Origin: Tannerellaceae bacterium
GTDB taxonomy: Bacteria; Bacteroidota; Bacteroidia; Bacteroidales; CAMTPD01
DNA: 64,000 nucleotides
Assembly: GCA_051656605.1 (NCBI GenBank)
Contig: JBOGCF010000026.1
Span: 7,148 to 71,147 of the forward strand
Direction: 5' to 3'
Shown here: in pieces, positions 9,846-17,635 of the stretch
How positions within the stretch are numbered: the stretch's first letter is position 1
How the letters are laid out: every line of letters begins with the position of its first letter
Notes under the pieces: generated by a model
The model's database searches: none
Seen by the model: only the letters and a program-made list of their open reading frames with translations
Told to the model about the DNA's origin: nothing
Translations under genes and position numbers: made by a program

Positions 9846-10652
9846 ATGAGATTGTTGAAGAAATTATGTTTATTAGCCGTTTTAGTTTGTAGCGTGCTGC
9901 CTGCGTTTGCAGAAGTCGTTGTGATTAAAACAAATGTGGGCACGATGAAAATCAAGTTACACGACGATGTGCCGCGCCACAAAGAATACTTCCTCAAGTT
10001 GGTACGTGACGGATATTTCGACGAGACGTTATTCTATCGCACCATCAGCTATTTTATTGTACAAGGAGGAGCTCAAGACTCAAAAGCGGCACCTCCCGGA
10101 ATGAAAGTCGGTTATTTTGACCGATCGATGGAGATACCTTCCGAGATGAAACCGCATTACTTTCCTAAAAAAGGAGCTTTGGCCGCACCACGTCATGGTG
10201 ATGATGTGAATCCGGAGAAACGTTCCGATATGTCACAATTCTTTATCGTTTCGGGCAGGGTATACCCGGAAGCGGAAATCACCAACATGGAGCGTGAAAA
10301 AAACAATCCCATCAAACGCAAAGCAATGGACCGTTTTTACAAACCGGTAAAAGCAGAGATGGACTCACTAAAGTTGGGCAATCCTGAAGAATACAACAGG
10401 CGTGTGGTAGAAATCAATGCCAAAGTCGATTCGGTACTTCGCGCTACGCCCGGACACTTGCTTTTTACTCCGGAAGAAAAAGAAGCATATACTACTGTGG
10501 GCGGATGCCATTATTTGACCGACGACTATACCATCTTCGGGCAATTGATCGAAGGCTATGATGTGTTAGACATTATAGCAAACCAAGAAACCGACCTCAA
10601 TGATCGTCCCAAGAAAGACATCCGTATGCTAAAAGTCTACGTAGAACAATAA
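9846..10652 (+). CDS. Secreted peptidyl-prolyl cis-trans isomerase, cyclophilin type
   Basis: Signal peptide plus cyclophilin motifs (FYRTISYFIVQGG, SQFFIV, YTIFGQLIEGYDVLD) with an internal insertion. Confidence 0.85.
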   Translation: MRLLKKLCLLAVLVCSVLPAFAEVVVIKTNVGTMKIKLHDDVPRHKEYFLKLVRDGYFDETLFYRTISYFIVQGGAQDSKAAPPGMKVGYFDRSMEIPSEMKPHYFPKKGALAAPRHGDDVNPEKRSDMSQFFIVSGRVYPEAEITNMEREKNNPIKRKAMDRFYKPVKAEMDSLKLGNPEEYNRRVVEINAKVDSVLRATPGHLLFTPEEKEAYTTVGGCHYLTDDYTIFGQLIEGYDVLDIIANQETDLNDRPKKDIRMLKVYVEQ

Positions 10653-10670
10653 ATTTTCGACTCATACTTC

Positions 10671-10717
10671 AAAGCCTCTGTAAACCGGTAAACGCCTGTT
10701 TGCAGAGGCTTTTTTTG
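10671..10717 (+). terminator. Intrinsic terminator after the cyclophilin gene
   Basis: Stem AAAGCCTCTGTAAAC / GTTTGCAGAGGCTTT followed by a T7 run. Confidence 0.8.
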
Positions 10718-10776
10718 TGTCTTCAAAAAAAGAATTCAGATGATTAACATTATTTAATCGCATAAACTACACAACA

Positions 10777-10798
10777 ATACGATGAAGTCGTATGTTTG
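10777..10798 (+). promoter_or_regulatory. Candidate promoter/operator of BlaI-BlaR module 1
   Basis: -7 box TATGTTTG (10791-10798) overlapped by the inverted repeat ATACGA-N5-TCGTAT (10777-10793). Confidence 0.4.
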
Positions 10799-10824
10799 CA
10801 TTATAGTCGTAATACATTGAGTTT

Positions 10825-11199
10825 ATGGAAAAACTAACAGCAGTAGAAGAGGAAGCTATGCTTATCGTATGGCGCCTCGGCGGGGGAGTTACCAAAGACT
10901 TCCTCAATGAATATCCCGAGCCGAAGCCACCGTATACCACATTGGCCTCGGTGATGAAAAATTTAGAACGTAAAGGGTTCTTGCAAACCAAGCGATATGG
11001 GCCCACGTACTATTATTTCCCTCTTATCGACGAGCAGGAATATAAACGCAGTTCCCTTTCGGGGTTTGTAAAAAGATATTTCGCCGACTCGTACAAGTCC
11101 ATGATATCTTTCTTTGTGAAAGACGACAACATCTCAACCGAAGAGTTGAAAGAGATTCTCTCTCACATAGAAGAGGAACAAGAAAACAACACGCATTAA
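10825..11199 (+). CDS. BlaI/MecI/CopY-family winged-helix repressor (module 1)
   Basis: 124 aa. LT..EEEAMLIVWRLG..VTKDFL...KPPYTTLASVMKNLERKGFL is a typical Penicillinase_R fold sequence. Confidence 0.85.
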   Translation: MEKLTAVEEEAMLIVWRLGGGVTKDFLNEYPEPKPPYTTLASVMKNLERKGFLQTKRYGPTYYYFPLIDEQEYKRSSLSGFVKRYFADSYKSMISFFVKDDNISTEELKEILSHIEEEQENNTH

Positions 11200-11210
11200 T
11201 CGAAACGATT

Positions 11211-12623
11211 ATGAATATCGATCTTCTATACTTACTCAAAGTGAACGTGGCTTTGACTAGTTTCTATCTCGTATATAAACTGTTTTTTGGCAAAGACACC
11301 TTTTTCAAATTTCGCAGGGTAATGTTGCTCGCTGGTATTGCATTCGCATTTGTGTATCCGTTTATAGAGCTCAACAACTGGGTGGCAGAGCAGCGAATTT
11401 TTACCGGAGCGGCAGTTTACTACAGCGAGCTGAAAGAGTTTGTGGTAACGGCAGCTGAAGGAAATCAAAGTAACATGCCTCAGATGACCACCTACGCAGC
11501 AGGTCTTTATTTAATGATCAGTTTATTCTTTGCCGTTTTGTTTCTACTCAAGTGCAAAACGCTGGCGCAGATAAAACTGTCGAGTAGCAAGATCAGTCAC
11601 CAGGGCACAACAATGTATCTACCCCGCAAAGAGATGGCGCCATTTTCTTTTTTCGGATGGATCTTTTTAAACCCCGACATGTATTCGGATAGTGAACTCA
11701 AAGAAATCATCAAGCACGAGTCTACTCACTGCAGAGAGTGGCACAGTTTTGATCTTCTGGTCGCAGAATTGGTAAAAATAGCTTGTTGGATCAACCCGAT
11801 AGCATGGTTACTCAAACGCGAAATCGAACAAAACCTCGAGTACATAGCCGACCGCTCGGTCGTGGCATCGGGAGTAGATAAGCGATCTTACCAATACCAT
11901 CTCGTCGAGGTAGCATGCGGAGTTCCGCTTACTACCCTGAATACCGGATTTAATTATTGCAACTTAAAAAATCGAATCATTATGTTGAATCAAAAGAGAT
12001 CAAAGAATATATCAGGAGCAAAATATGCACTGTTTATCCCATTGTGTTTGTCATTTATCGCAGTGAACAACCTAGAAGCGGTAACCCGCATCGCGACGTC
12101 CGTAGTTACAGAAATCAAGGAAGCTCCCGAGATGAAGCCATTTCAGGACTTGACGGCCGCAGTGTTCCCAACCACAGTAAAGACAACCCGCGAAGCCGTT
12201 GAGGTGAGTCCGGTTATGCAAGACCAGAATAAAAAGCAAGAACCTCAAGACGAAGCTTTGGGTGAAGTCTTTGTAACGGTAGAAGATATGCCTGAGTTTC
12301 CGGGAGGACCAGGGGAGTTGATGAAATTTATTGCGAGTCATGTTAAATATCCGGTTGTAGCACAGCAAAATGGAATTCAAGGCCGCGTTGTGGTCGCGTT
12401 TATTGTAAACAAAGAAGGCAAAGTAGTGAAACCTGAAGTAGTGAAAGGGGTAGACCCTTCATTGGATAATGAAGCGATACGTGTGGTAAGCAGCATGCCA
12501 AAATGGAAGCCGGGTTCACAACGTGGAGTACCTGTAAACGTAAAATATACAGTTCCCGTACAATTTAAATTGCAAGGGGATGCAAAAGCAGACTCCGTAA
12601 AGACCGTTAAACCGATTAAATAA
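11211..12623 (+). CDS. BlaR1-like M56 metallopeptidase fused to a C-terminal TonB domain (module 1)
   Basis: N-terminal TM helices and an HExxH motif (HESTHCREWH). C-terminal TonB_C sequence (EDMPEFPGGPGELMKFIASHVKYPVVAQQNGIQGRVVV...VPVQF). Confidence 0.85.
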   Translation: MNIDLLYLLKVNVALTSFYLVYKLFFGKDTFFKFRRVMLLAGIAFAFVYPFIELNNWVAEQRIFTGAAVYYSELKEFVVTAAEGNQSNMPQMTTYAAGLYLMISLFFAVLFLLKCKTLAQIKLSSSKISHQGTTMYLPRKEMAPFSFFGWIFLNPDMYSDSELKEIIKHESTHCREWHSFDLLVAELVKIACWINPIAWLLKREIEQNLEYIADRSVVASGVDKRSYQYHLVEVACGVPLTTLNTGFNYCNLKNRIIMLNQKRSKNISGAKYALFIPLCLSFIAVNNLEAVTRIATSVVTEIKEAPEMKPFQDLTAAVFPTTVKTTREAVEVSPVMQDQNKKQEPQDEALGEVFVTVEDMPEFPGGPGELMKFIASHVKYPVVAQQNGIQGRVVVAFIVNKEGKVVKPEVVKGVDPSLDNEAIRVVSSMPKWKPGSQRGVPVNVKYTVPVQFKLQGDAKADSVKTVKPIK

Positions 12624-12745
12624 AAGCTAGGCTATTTACCGAAAAGGTACAAGCCAGAAAACAAAATGCAGTTGACGGATAGTGGAATACGCTATTTGTT
12701 AACTGCATTACCGCATTCTTTGTTAACAATATTTATTGAATAAAA

Positions 12746-12776
12746 TTTGCGTAGATACGAGGGTTACGTAAGTTTG
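12746..12776 (+). promoter_or_regulatory. Candidate promoter/operator of BlaI-BlaR module 2
   Basis: -33 TTTG (12746-12749), a 19-nt spacer, then -7 TAAGTTTG (12769-12776). The palindrome TTACGTAA (12764-12771) overlaps the -7 box. Confidence 0.5.
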
Positions 12777-12802
12777 TAAAACAGTCAAAATAAAACATAG
12801 TC

Positions 12803-13168
12803 ATGGAAAAACTAACATTTCAGGAAGAAGAAGCGATGCTTATTGTATGGAAACTCGGAGAAGGGGTAATTAAAGATTTTCTACAACATTATCCGGATCC
12901 GAAGCCTCCTTATACAACCTTAGCATCTATCGTAAAGAACTTAGAGCGTAAAGGATATGTAAAAGCGAAGCGATATGGTAATACTTATTGCTATACACCG
13001 CTTATTGAGCAAGATGCTTACAAACGCAACTCGATGTCTAACTTTGTGAATAAGTACTTCGCAAATTCGTACAAGTCGATGGTGTCTTTCTTTGCAAAAG
13101 ACGAGAAGATCTCTGCCGAAGAGTTGAAAGAGATTATGTCGATCATTGAGAAAGAGAACGAACAGTAA
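12803..13168 (+). CDS. BlaI/MecI/CopY-family repressor (module 2)
   Basis: 121 aa, clearly paralogous to 10825-11199 along its full length. Confidence 0.85.
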   Translation: MEKLTFQEEEAMLIVWKLGEGVIKDFLQHYPDPKPPYTTLASIVKNLERKGYVKAKRYGNTYCYTPLIEQDAYKRNSMSNFVNKYFANSYKSMVSFFAKDEKISAEELKEIMSIIEKENEQ

Positions 13169-13185
13169 TATAAAGGCTCTCTATT

Positions 13186-14550
13186 ATGAATTTAGATCTT
13201 GTATACTTTTTCAAGGCGAATATTGCTTTGGCCTGCTTTTATATAATGTATAAACTGTGTTTCAGTAACGATACATTCTTTCATATCAGACGTACCGTGT
13301 TGATATCGGGCATTCTTTTTGCTTTTGCATATCCTTTTATCGTTTTTCATAGTTGGGTAAAAGAGCAAAAGATTCTTTCAAATGCGGCAGACTATTATGT
13401 CGAATTGAAGGAACTGGTTGTAACGTCGACCCAAGCAGATCCGCTTTCATTTCAAAGTATACAAGGCTATCTATTCTACGTTTATCTCGGCATTTCGTTG
13501 TTGTTGGTTGCAAATTTTCTGATCAAGCTCTGCATGCTGTTGCGTATCAGGTTGGCAAGTCAACGCACGCAATATCGCGGAACCACATTGTATGTTCCGC
13601 GTGGCGAGATGGCGCCATTCTCTTTCTTCAATTGGATCTTTGTAGATCCGGCACGCTTTTCGGAAAGTGAAATCAGTGAAGTGGTGCTGCATGAACAAAC
13701 GCATAGCAAGGGCGGACATAGTTTCGACTTATTGATATTAGAGGTGGTCAAGATCTTATGCTGGGTAAATCCGTTTGTATGGCTTTTGTCGAGAGAGGTA
13801 GAACAAAACCTCGAATACATTGCCGACAATGCAGTTGTTTCGTCGGGCATTGATGCAAAAGCATATCAATATCATTTGGTCGAAGTGGCCAGCAATACAC
13901 CTATATCCGTATTGCATACCGGCTTCAACTATTATAACTTAAAGAAGCGCATCCTTGTGCTGAATCAAAAACGATCTAAGCGTATCACGTGTGCAAAATA
14001 CGCATTACTCGTTCCTGTGTGCGTGTTATTTATCGCCACAAATAGCATAGAGACTGTAACCAAGCTAGCCAACTCGATGGTGTCGGAAATCAAAGAGATC
14101 CCGGCGCAGTTAGCAGCAGCTCAACATTTGCCACAAGTGACTTTGCCTCAATTTATGCAAAAAGACAAATCCGAACAACCGGTATCTCTGGTTGTAGAGA
14201 AGCCGAAAGCAAAGCCGCTAGATCCGAATGAAGAGATTTTTGTTACCGTAGAAGACATGCCGGAGTTTCCGGGCGGACAACGTAACCTAATGAGCTTTAT
14301 CGGCAGAAACGTTAAGTATCCGGTTGTAGCACAAGAGAACGGAATACAAGGACGCGTAGTAGTTCAGTTCGTAATCAATAAAGACGGACAAGTAGCCGAT
14401 GCAACCGTTGTAAGAGGAGTAGACCCCTCTCTAGACAAAGAGGCGCTACGCGTGATTAATGCTATGCCTAACTGGAAACCCGGTTCACAGCGAGGTAATC
14501 CCGTAAACGTAAAATACACGGTGCCGGTACAATTCAGACTACAAATGTAA
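13186..14550 (+). CDS. BlaR1-like M56 metallopeptidase fused to a C-terminal TonB domain (module 2)
   Basis: HExxH motif (HEQTHSKGGH) and a TonB_C tail. Paralog of 11211-12623. Confidence 0.85.
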   Translation: MNLDLVYFFKANIALACFYIMYKLCFSNDTFFHIRRTVLISGILFAFAYPFIVFHSWVKEQKILSNAADYYVELKELVVTSTQADPLSFQSIQGYLFYVYLGISLLLVANFLIKLCMLLRIRLASQRTQYRGTTLYVPRGEMAPFSFFNWIFVDPARFSESEISEVVLHEQTHSKGGHSFDLLILEVVKILCWVNPFVWLLSREVEQNLEYIADNAVVSSGIDAKAYQYHLVEVASNTPISVLHTGFNYYNLKKRILVLNQKRSKRITCAKYALLVPVCVLFIATNSIETVTKLANSMVSEIKEIPAQLAAAQHLPQVTLPQFMQKDKSEQPVSLVVEKPKAKPLDPNEEIFVTVEDMPEFPGGQRNLMSFIGRNVKYPVVAQENGIQGRVVVQFVINKDGQVADATVVRGVDPSLDKEALRVINAMPNWKPGSQRGNPVNVKYTVPVQFRLQM

Positions 14551-14585
14551 CACACAAAACAAGTATACATGGTATCCATGTTGAG

Positions 14586-14620
14586 GCGGATAGGAGGTTT
14601 ACTCTTATCCGCTTTTTATT
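14586..14620 (+). terminator. Intrinsic terminator after BlaR module 2
   Basis: 11-bp stem GCGGATAGGAG / CTCTTATCCGC (one G:U), loop GTTTA, then TTTTTATTT. Confidence 0.85.
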
Positions 14621-14868
14621 TGTGGCACGGTGAAATACAATAAGCCGCTTTCGGGCGAAAAGGAAATCGGGTTTCGAGCATGCCAAAACAAGGTTGTTTC
14701 GATGATTTTAGCTCCTAGATTGCAGAACTCCGGTGTTTTTTCACCTTCGGAAAACGGCCTTTCCGCATTCCTCAAATCTCCCTTTTACGAGTCTCTTCCC
14801 TCTTTTGCGCGGCATCATCGCTTCGTACAGGTGGTTTTGAGGTATAAAAACGCCAAAAAGCATGCAAG

Positions 14869-15066
14869 GTTCTTGCAAAAAGGTCGTTTGGTTCTTATGA
14901 AAACGTTATTTGGTTCTCATAAGAACGTCGTTACGTTTTCGTGGAGGGTGTAAATTGTCTTCGAGGAAAACAAAAATAGTCTTCGCGGACATTTCCAGAA
15001 CTCTTCGTGGTGAATCAATTTACTCACCGTGAATACTTTTCTCACTCACTGCGGTGACTGAATGTA
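14869..15066. repeat. Phased 22-bp degenerate tandem repeat, at least 9 units, core GTCTTCGNGG
   Basis: Units start at 14869, 14891, 14913, 14935, 14957, 14979, 15001, 15023 and 15045. All begin (G/C)T(C/T)(T/A)(T/C)C(G/A)NG(G/A) when stacked by eye. Degenerate TTCG-containing copies continue across 14640-15400. Confidence 0.7.
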
Positions 15067-15469
15067 CGCACCATGCGTGCCGAGAAAGGTATGTGTGATC
15101 AATAAGGCACGTTGTTTCGTTTTGGCTGTGCTCACTGTCCCGATACCCTGGATGCTCAGACCAAAGCCACTGAGAGAGAGTTTGCCAAATCAAAAGGAAA
15201 GAGCAAGTACCCGATTTGTAAGATAATGAAAGCAGGTTTCGAATGTCGTTATAGGCAACGTTCGGTATCGGTTATCGCATAGCCTAAAATTGCGGCAATA
15301 CGTTAGATTTAAAACGATTCGATTTTTGGGTCATCTAGCGAAAAAATGCCCTTTTCGGTGATGAAAAGCGTCTTTTGCCGTTTGATTCCTTTTCGGGCAA
15401 AATAATTGGTTTTTTACAATAAGGTGCGGCCAGGCAAGATCGGAAATGAAACGATGAGGGTATAAACGC

Positions 15470-15510
15470 AAAAGAGGGTAACAGGCATCACGCCTCCCCC
15501 TCTTTTTATT
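15470..15510. terminator. Bidirectional terminator closing the etf/phn block
   Basis: Stem AAAAGAGGG / CCCTCTTTT with an inner GGC/GCC pairing. T-rich on both strands. Lies 55 nt downstream of the etfA stop. Confidence 0.65.
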
Positions 15511-15564
15511 TTCGACTTTTGAAAAACTTCCTACTCGAGGAATCTCTGTATAATCAAAGAGCTA

Positions 15565-16761
15565 TTAAACGTTTGCTCCTAAAATCTGTATCAATTCAGG
15601 CACAATCTCTTGTGCGTTGCCCACGATGCCGTAATGTGCCATCTCGAAGATCGGCGCGTCGGGGTCGTTGTTGATCGCTATCACCGTCTCCACATGATTC
15701 ATGCCCGACGTGTGTTGTATCTGTCCGCTGATGCCGCAGGCAATATACAAGCGCGGTGAAACACTTTTGCCCGTTTGGCCTACCTGCCGATCTACCGATA
15801 TCCAGCCCGCTTCTACGGCAGCGCGCGAACCGGCCACCATTCCGCCGAGCAAACCGGCTAGTCGTTCCAGGTTTCCAACGTGCTCTTTGCCTTGTATGCC
15901 TTTGCCGGCCGCGATCAATACGTCGGCATCTTCGATACGTTGCTTCGGTGTGGTGTCGGCATGCTCTTCGAGCAAGGTAACGCCATCGTTGAGCAGAGCC
16001 GTGTCAAACGCATGTTCGATGAGCAGACCTTTACGGTTGAAGTCGGGCGTTTGCGCTTGCATCACGCCCGGACGCACCGAAGCCATCTGCGGACGGTGAT
16101 GAGGCGTTTCGATCGTAGCCAGCAAGTTGCCACCGAAAGCGGGACGTTGCTGAAGCAAGTTGCCCGTTGCGTTGTCGATACGAAGCTCGGTACAGTCGGC
16201 CGTAAGACCGGTTTGCAATCGCGCCGCCGCACGTGCCGAAACTCCGCGTCCAAAGGCTGTAGCACCAATCAAGATAACCGACGGTTTGTAGCATTGCGCC
16301 AAATCGGCCAATACCTCGGCATGTCTGTTTTCGAGCATTGCGTCGAGTCCGTCATGGTTGGCGTGGTAGATTTGATCCGCACCGGAAGCAATCAGCTCGT
16401 TGCGTATCGCGTCGCTACAGGTACCAAGCACCACGGCCGATACGATCTCGTTATTTTGTTGTACCAATTCGCAGGCCTTGCCCAGCAGTTGTAGCGTAAC
16501 GGGATTTACGGCACCGTTGTTGAGTTCGCACAGTACCCAAATGCCGGCAAACTGTGACAAGTCGTCTGCCGCTGCGTTGGCGGTTTCGATCGTGATTGCT
16601 TCTGTAGGACATTCCGAGACGCAAGCGTTGCAAAGCTGGCAGGCATCTGCGTCTACTTCGGGGTATTCGCCCATCGAAAGGGCATTGTAACTACAAGCCC
16701 CTACGCATGCTTCGCATTGGATGCACGCGGTTGTATCTATATGTAACGGATGAACTTTCAT
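15565..16761 (-). CDS. etfA: Electron transfer flavoprotein alpha subunit with an N-terminal 2x[4Fe-4S] ferredoxin domain
   Basis: N-terminus has CIQCEACVGAC and CQLCNACVSECP (two CxxCxxCxxxC motifs). The C-terminus is an EtfA FAD domain (LYIACGISGQIQHTSGM, VIAINNDPDAPIF). Confidence 0.88.
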   Translation of the reverse strand: MKVHPLHIDTTACIQCEACVGACSYNALSMGEYPEVDADACQLCNACVSECPTEAITIETANAAADDLSQFAGIWVLCELNNGAVNPVTLQLLGKACELVQQNNEIVSAVVLGTCSDAIRNELIASGADQIYHANHDGLDAMLENRHAEVLADLAQCYKPSVILIGATAFGRGVSARAAARLQTGLTADCTELRIDNATGNLLQQRPAFGGNLLATIETPHHRPQMASVRPGVMQAQTPDFNRKGLLIEHAFDTALLNDGVTLLEEHADTTPKQRIEDADVLIAAGKGIQGKEHVGNLERLAGLLGGMVAGSRAAVEAGWISVDRQVGQTGKSVSPRLYIACGISGQIQHTSGMNHVETVIAINNDPDAPIFEMAHYGIVGNAQEIVPELIQILGANV

Positions 16762-16762
16762 A

Positions 16763-17533
16763 TCAAACGGTTTCCAAGGTTTTGATCAATGTGGCGAGAT
16801 CTTGTACGGTTTCAAACATGCGCACGCTGCCTGCTCGTTCGGGCACACCGGTGCGTACCACGCGGGTAGGTGAGCCAGCCAGTCCGATTTGGTCGGGATT
16901 CACTTGCAGGTCGGCCAGTCCCCAACGGATCAGCGGCTTGGTTTGCGCTGCCTCCCACCGGCGAATGGTAGGATGAGGAAGCTTGTTGGCTTCTTTGGTT
17001 ACGGTAACAGCGCACGGAAGCGTAACGCGAAGCTTTTGCACACCACGGTCGGTCCGTTTTTCCAGTGTAATGTCTTTGTTGCTAAGTTCGCAAATGCGTA
17101 CCAGATCGGTAAGCTGCGGCAGGTTGAGTTGTGCCGCTACACCCGGCCCCACCTGTGCCGTGTCGCCATCAATCGCTTGCTTGCCAAAGAGCAAAACGTC
17201 GCCCTTGCCCAGTTTGCGCACGGCGGCGGCCAATATCGCGCTTGTACTCCATGTATCGCTTCCTGCAAAGGCGCGATCGGAAAGCAATACAGCTTCGTCG
17301 GCTCCGAATACCATGGCTTCGCGCAGCGCGGCTTCGGCTTGCGGCGGTCCCATGGATACAACGGTGATGGTGCCGCCGGTTTGTGTTTTCATTTCTACCG
17401 CCGCTTGCAGTGCGTGCAAGTCATACGGATTTACTTGTGCCTTTGCGCCGGCACGTACCAGCGTATTGGTTTCCGGATCGATGTATATATTGGTTGAGGC
17501 GGGAACCTGCTTGATAAAAACGATATATTCCAA
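16763..17533 (-). CDS. etfB: Electron transfer flavoprotein beta subunit (anaerobe/bifurcating-type signature)
   Basis: MEYIVFIKQVP... and LLFGKQAIDGDTAQVGPGVAAQLNLPQ. The start codon is TTG at 17533. Its stop is 1 nt from the etfA start. Confidence 0.88.
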   Translation of the reverse strand: MEYIVFIKQVPASTNIYIDPETNTLVRAGAKAQVNPYDLHALQAAVEMKTQTGGTITVVSMGPPQAEAALREAMVFGADEAVLLSDRAFAGSDTWSTSAILAAAVRKLGKGDVLLFGKQAIDGDTAQVGPGVAAQLNLPQLTDLVRICELSNKDITLEKRTDRGVQKLRVTLPCAVTVTKEANKLPHPTIRRWEAAQTKPLIRWGLADLQVNPDQIGLAGSPTRVVRTGVPERAGSVRMFETVQDLATLIKTLETV

Positions 17534-17635
17534 AACGATACTCTTTTATCGGGAAAACTTCTTTCGGCTTCATAACGAAGGAGGAGAAGTTTCGGTTGTG
17601 TTAAGTTCTATTACTCTCTGTAGCGCGTTGCGTGA

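Noticed and set aside
14630-14953. 107-aa ORF in the BlaR/etf intergenic gap
   Set aside because: It starts at GTG, and I recognise no family resemblance. It lies on the 22-bp (non-triplet) repeat field, so its protein-like look comes from repeat units read in shifting frames.
14869-15066. Possible CRISPR array, given the regular 22-bp spacing
   Set aside because: Only about 10 nt of each 22-nt unit is conserved, and the conservation is degenerate. There is no repeat/spacer architecture of CRISPR dimensions, and no cas genes occur in the window.
15150-15175. GCCACTG string resembling the cobalamin-riboswitch B12 box
   Set aside because: The other conserved cobalamin-aptamer elements (the GGGAA / GGTG..AA..CC context) are absent. 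No gene lies downstream in either orientation, because the region sits between two convergent terminators.
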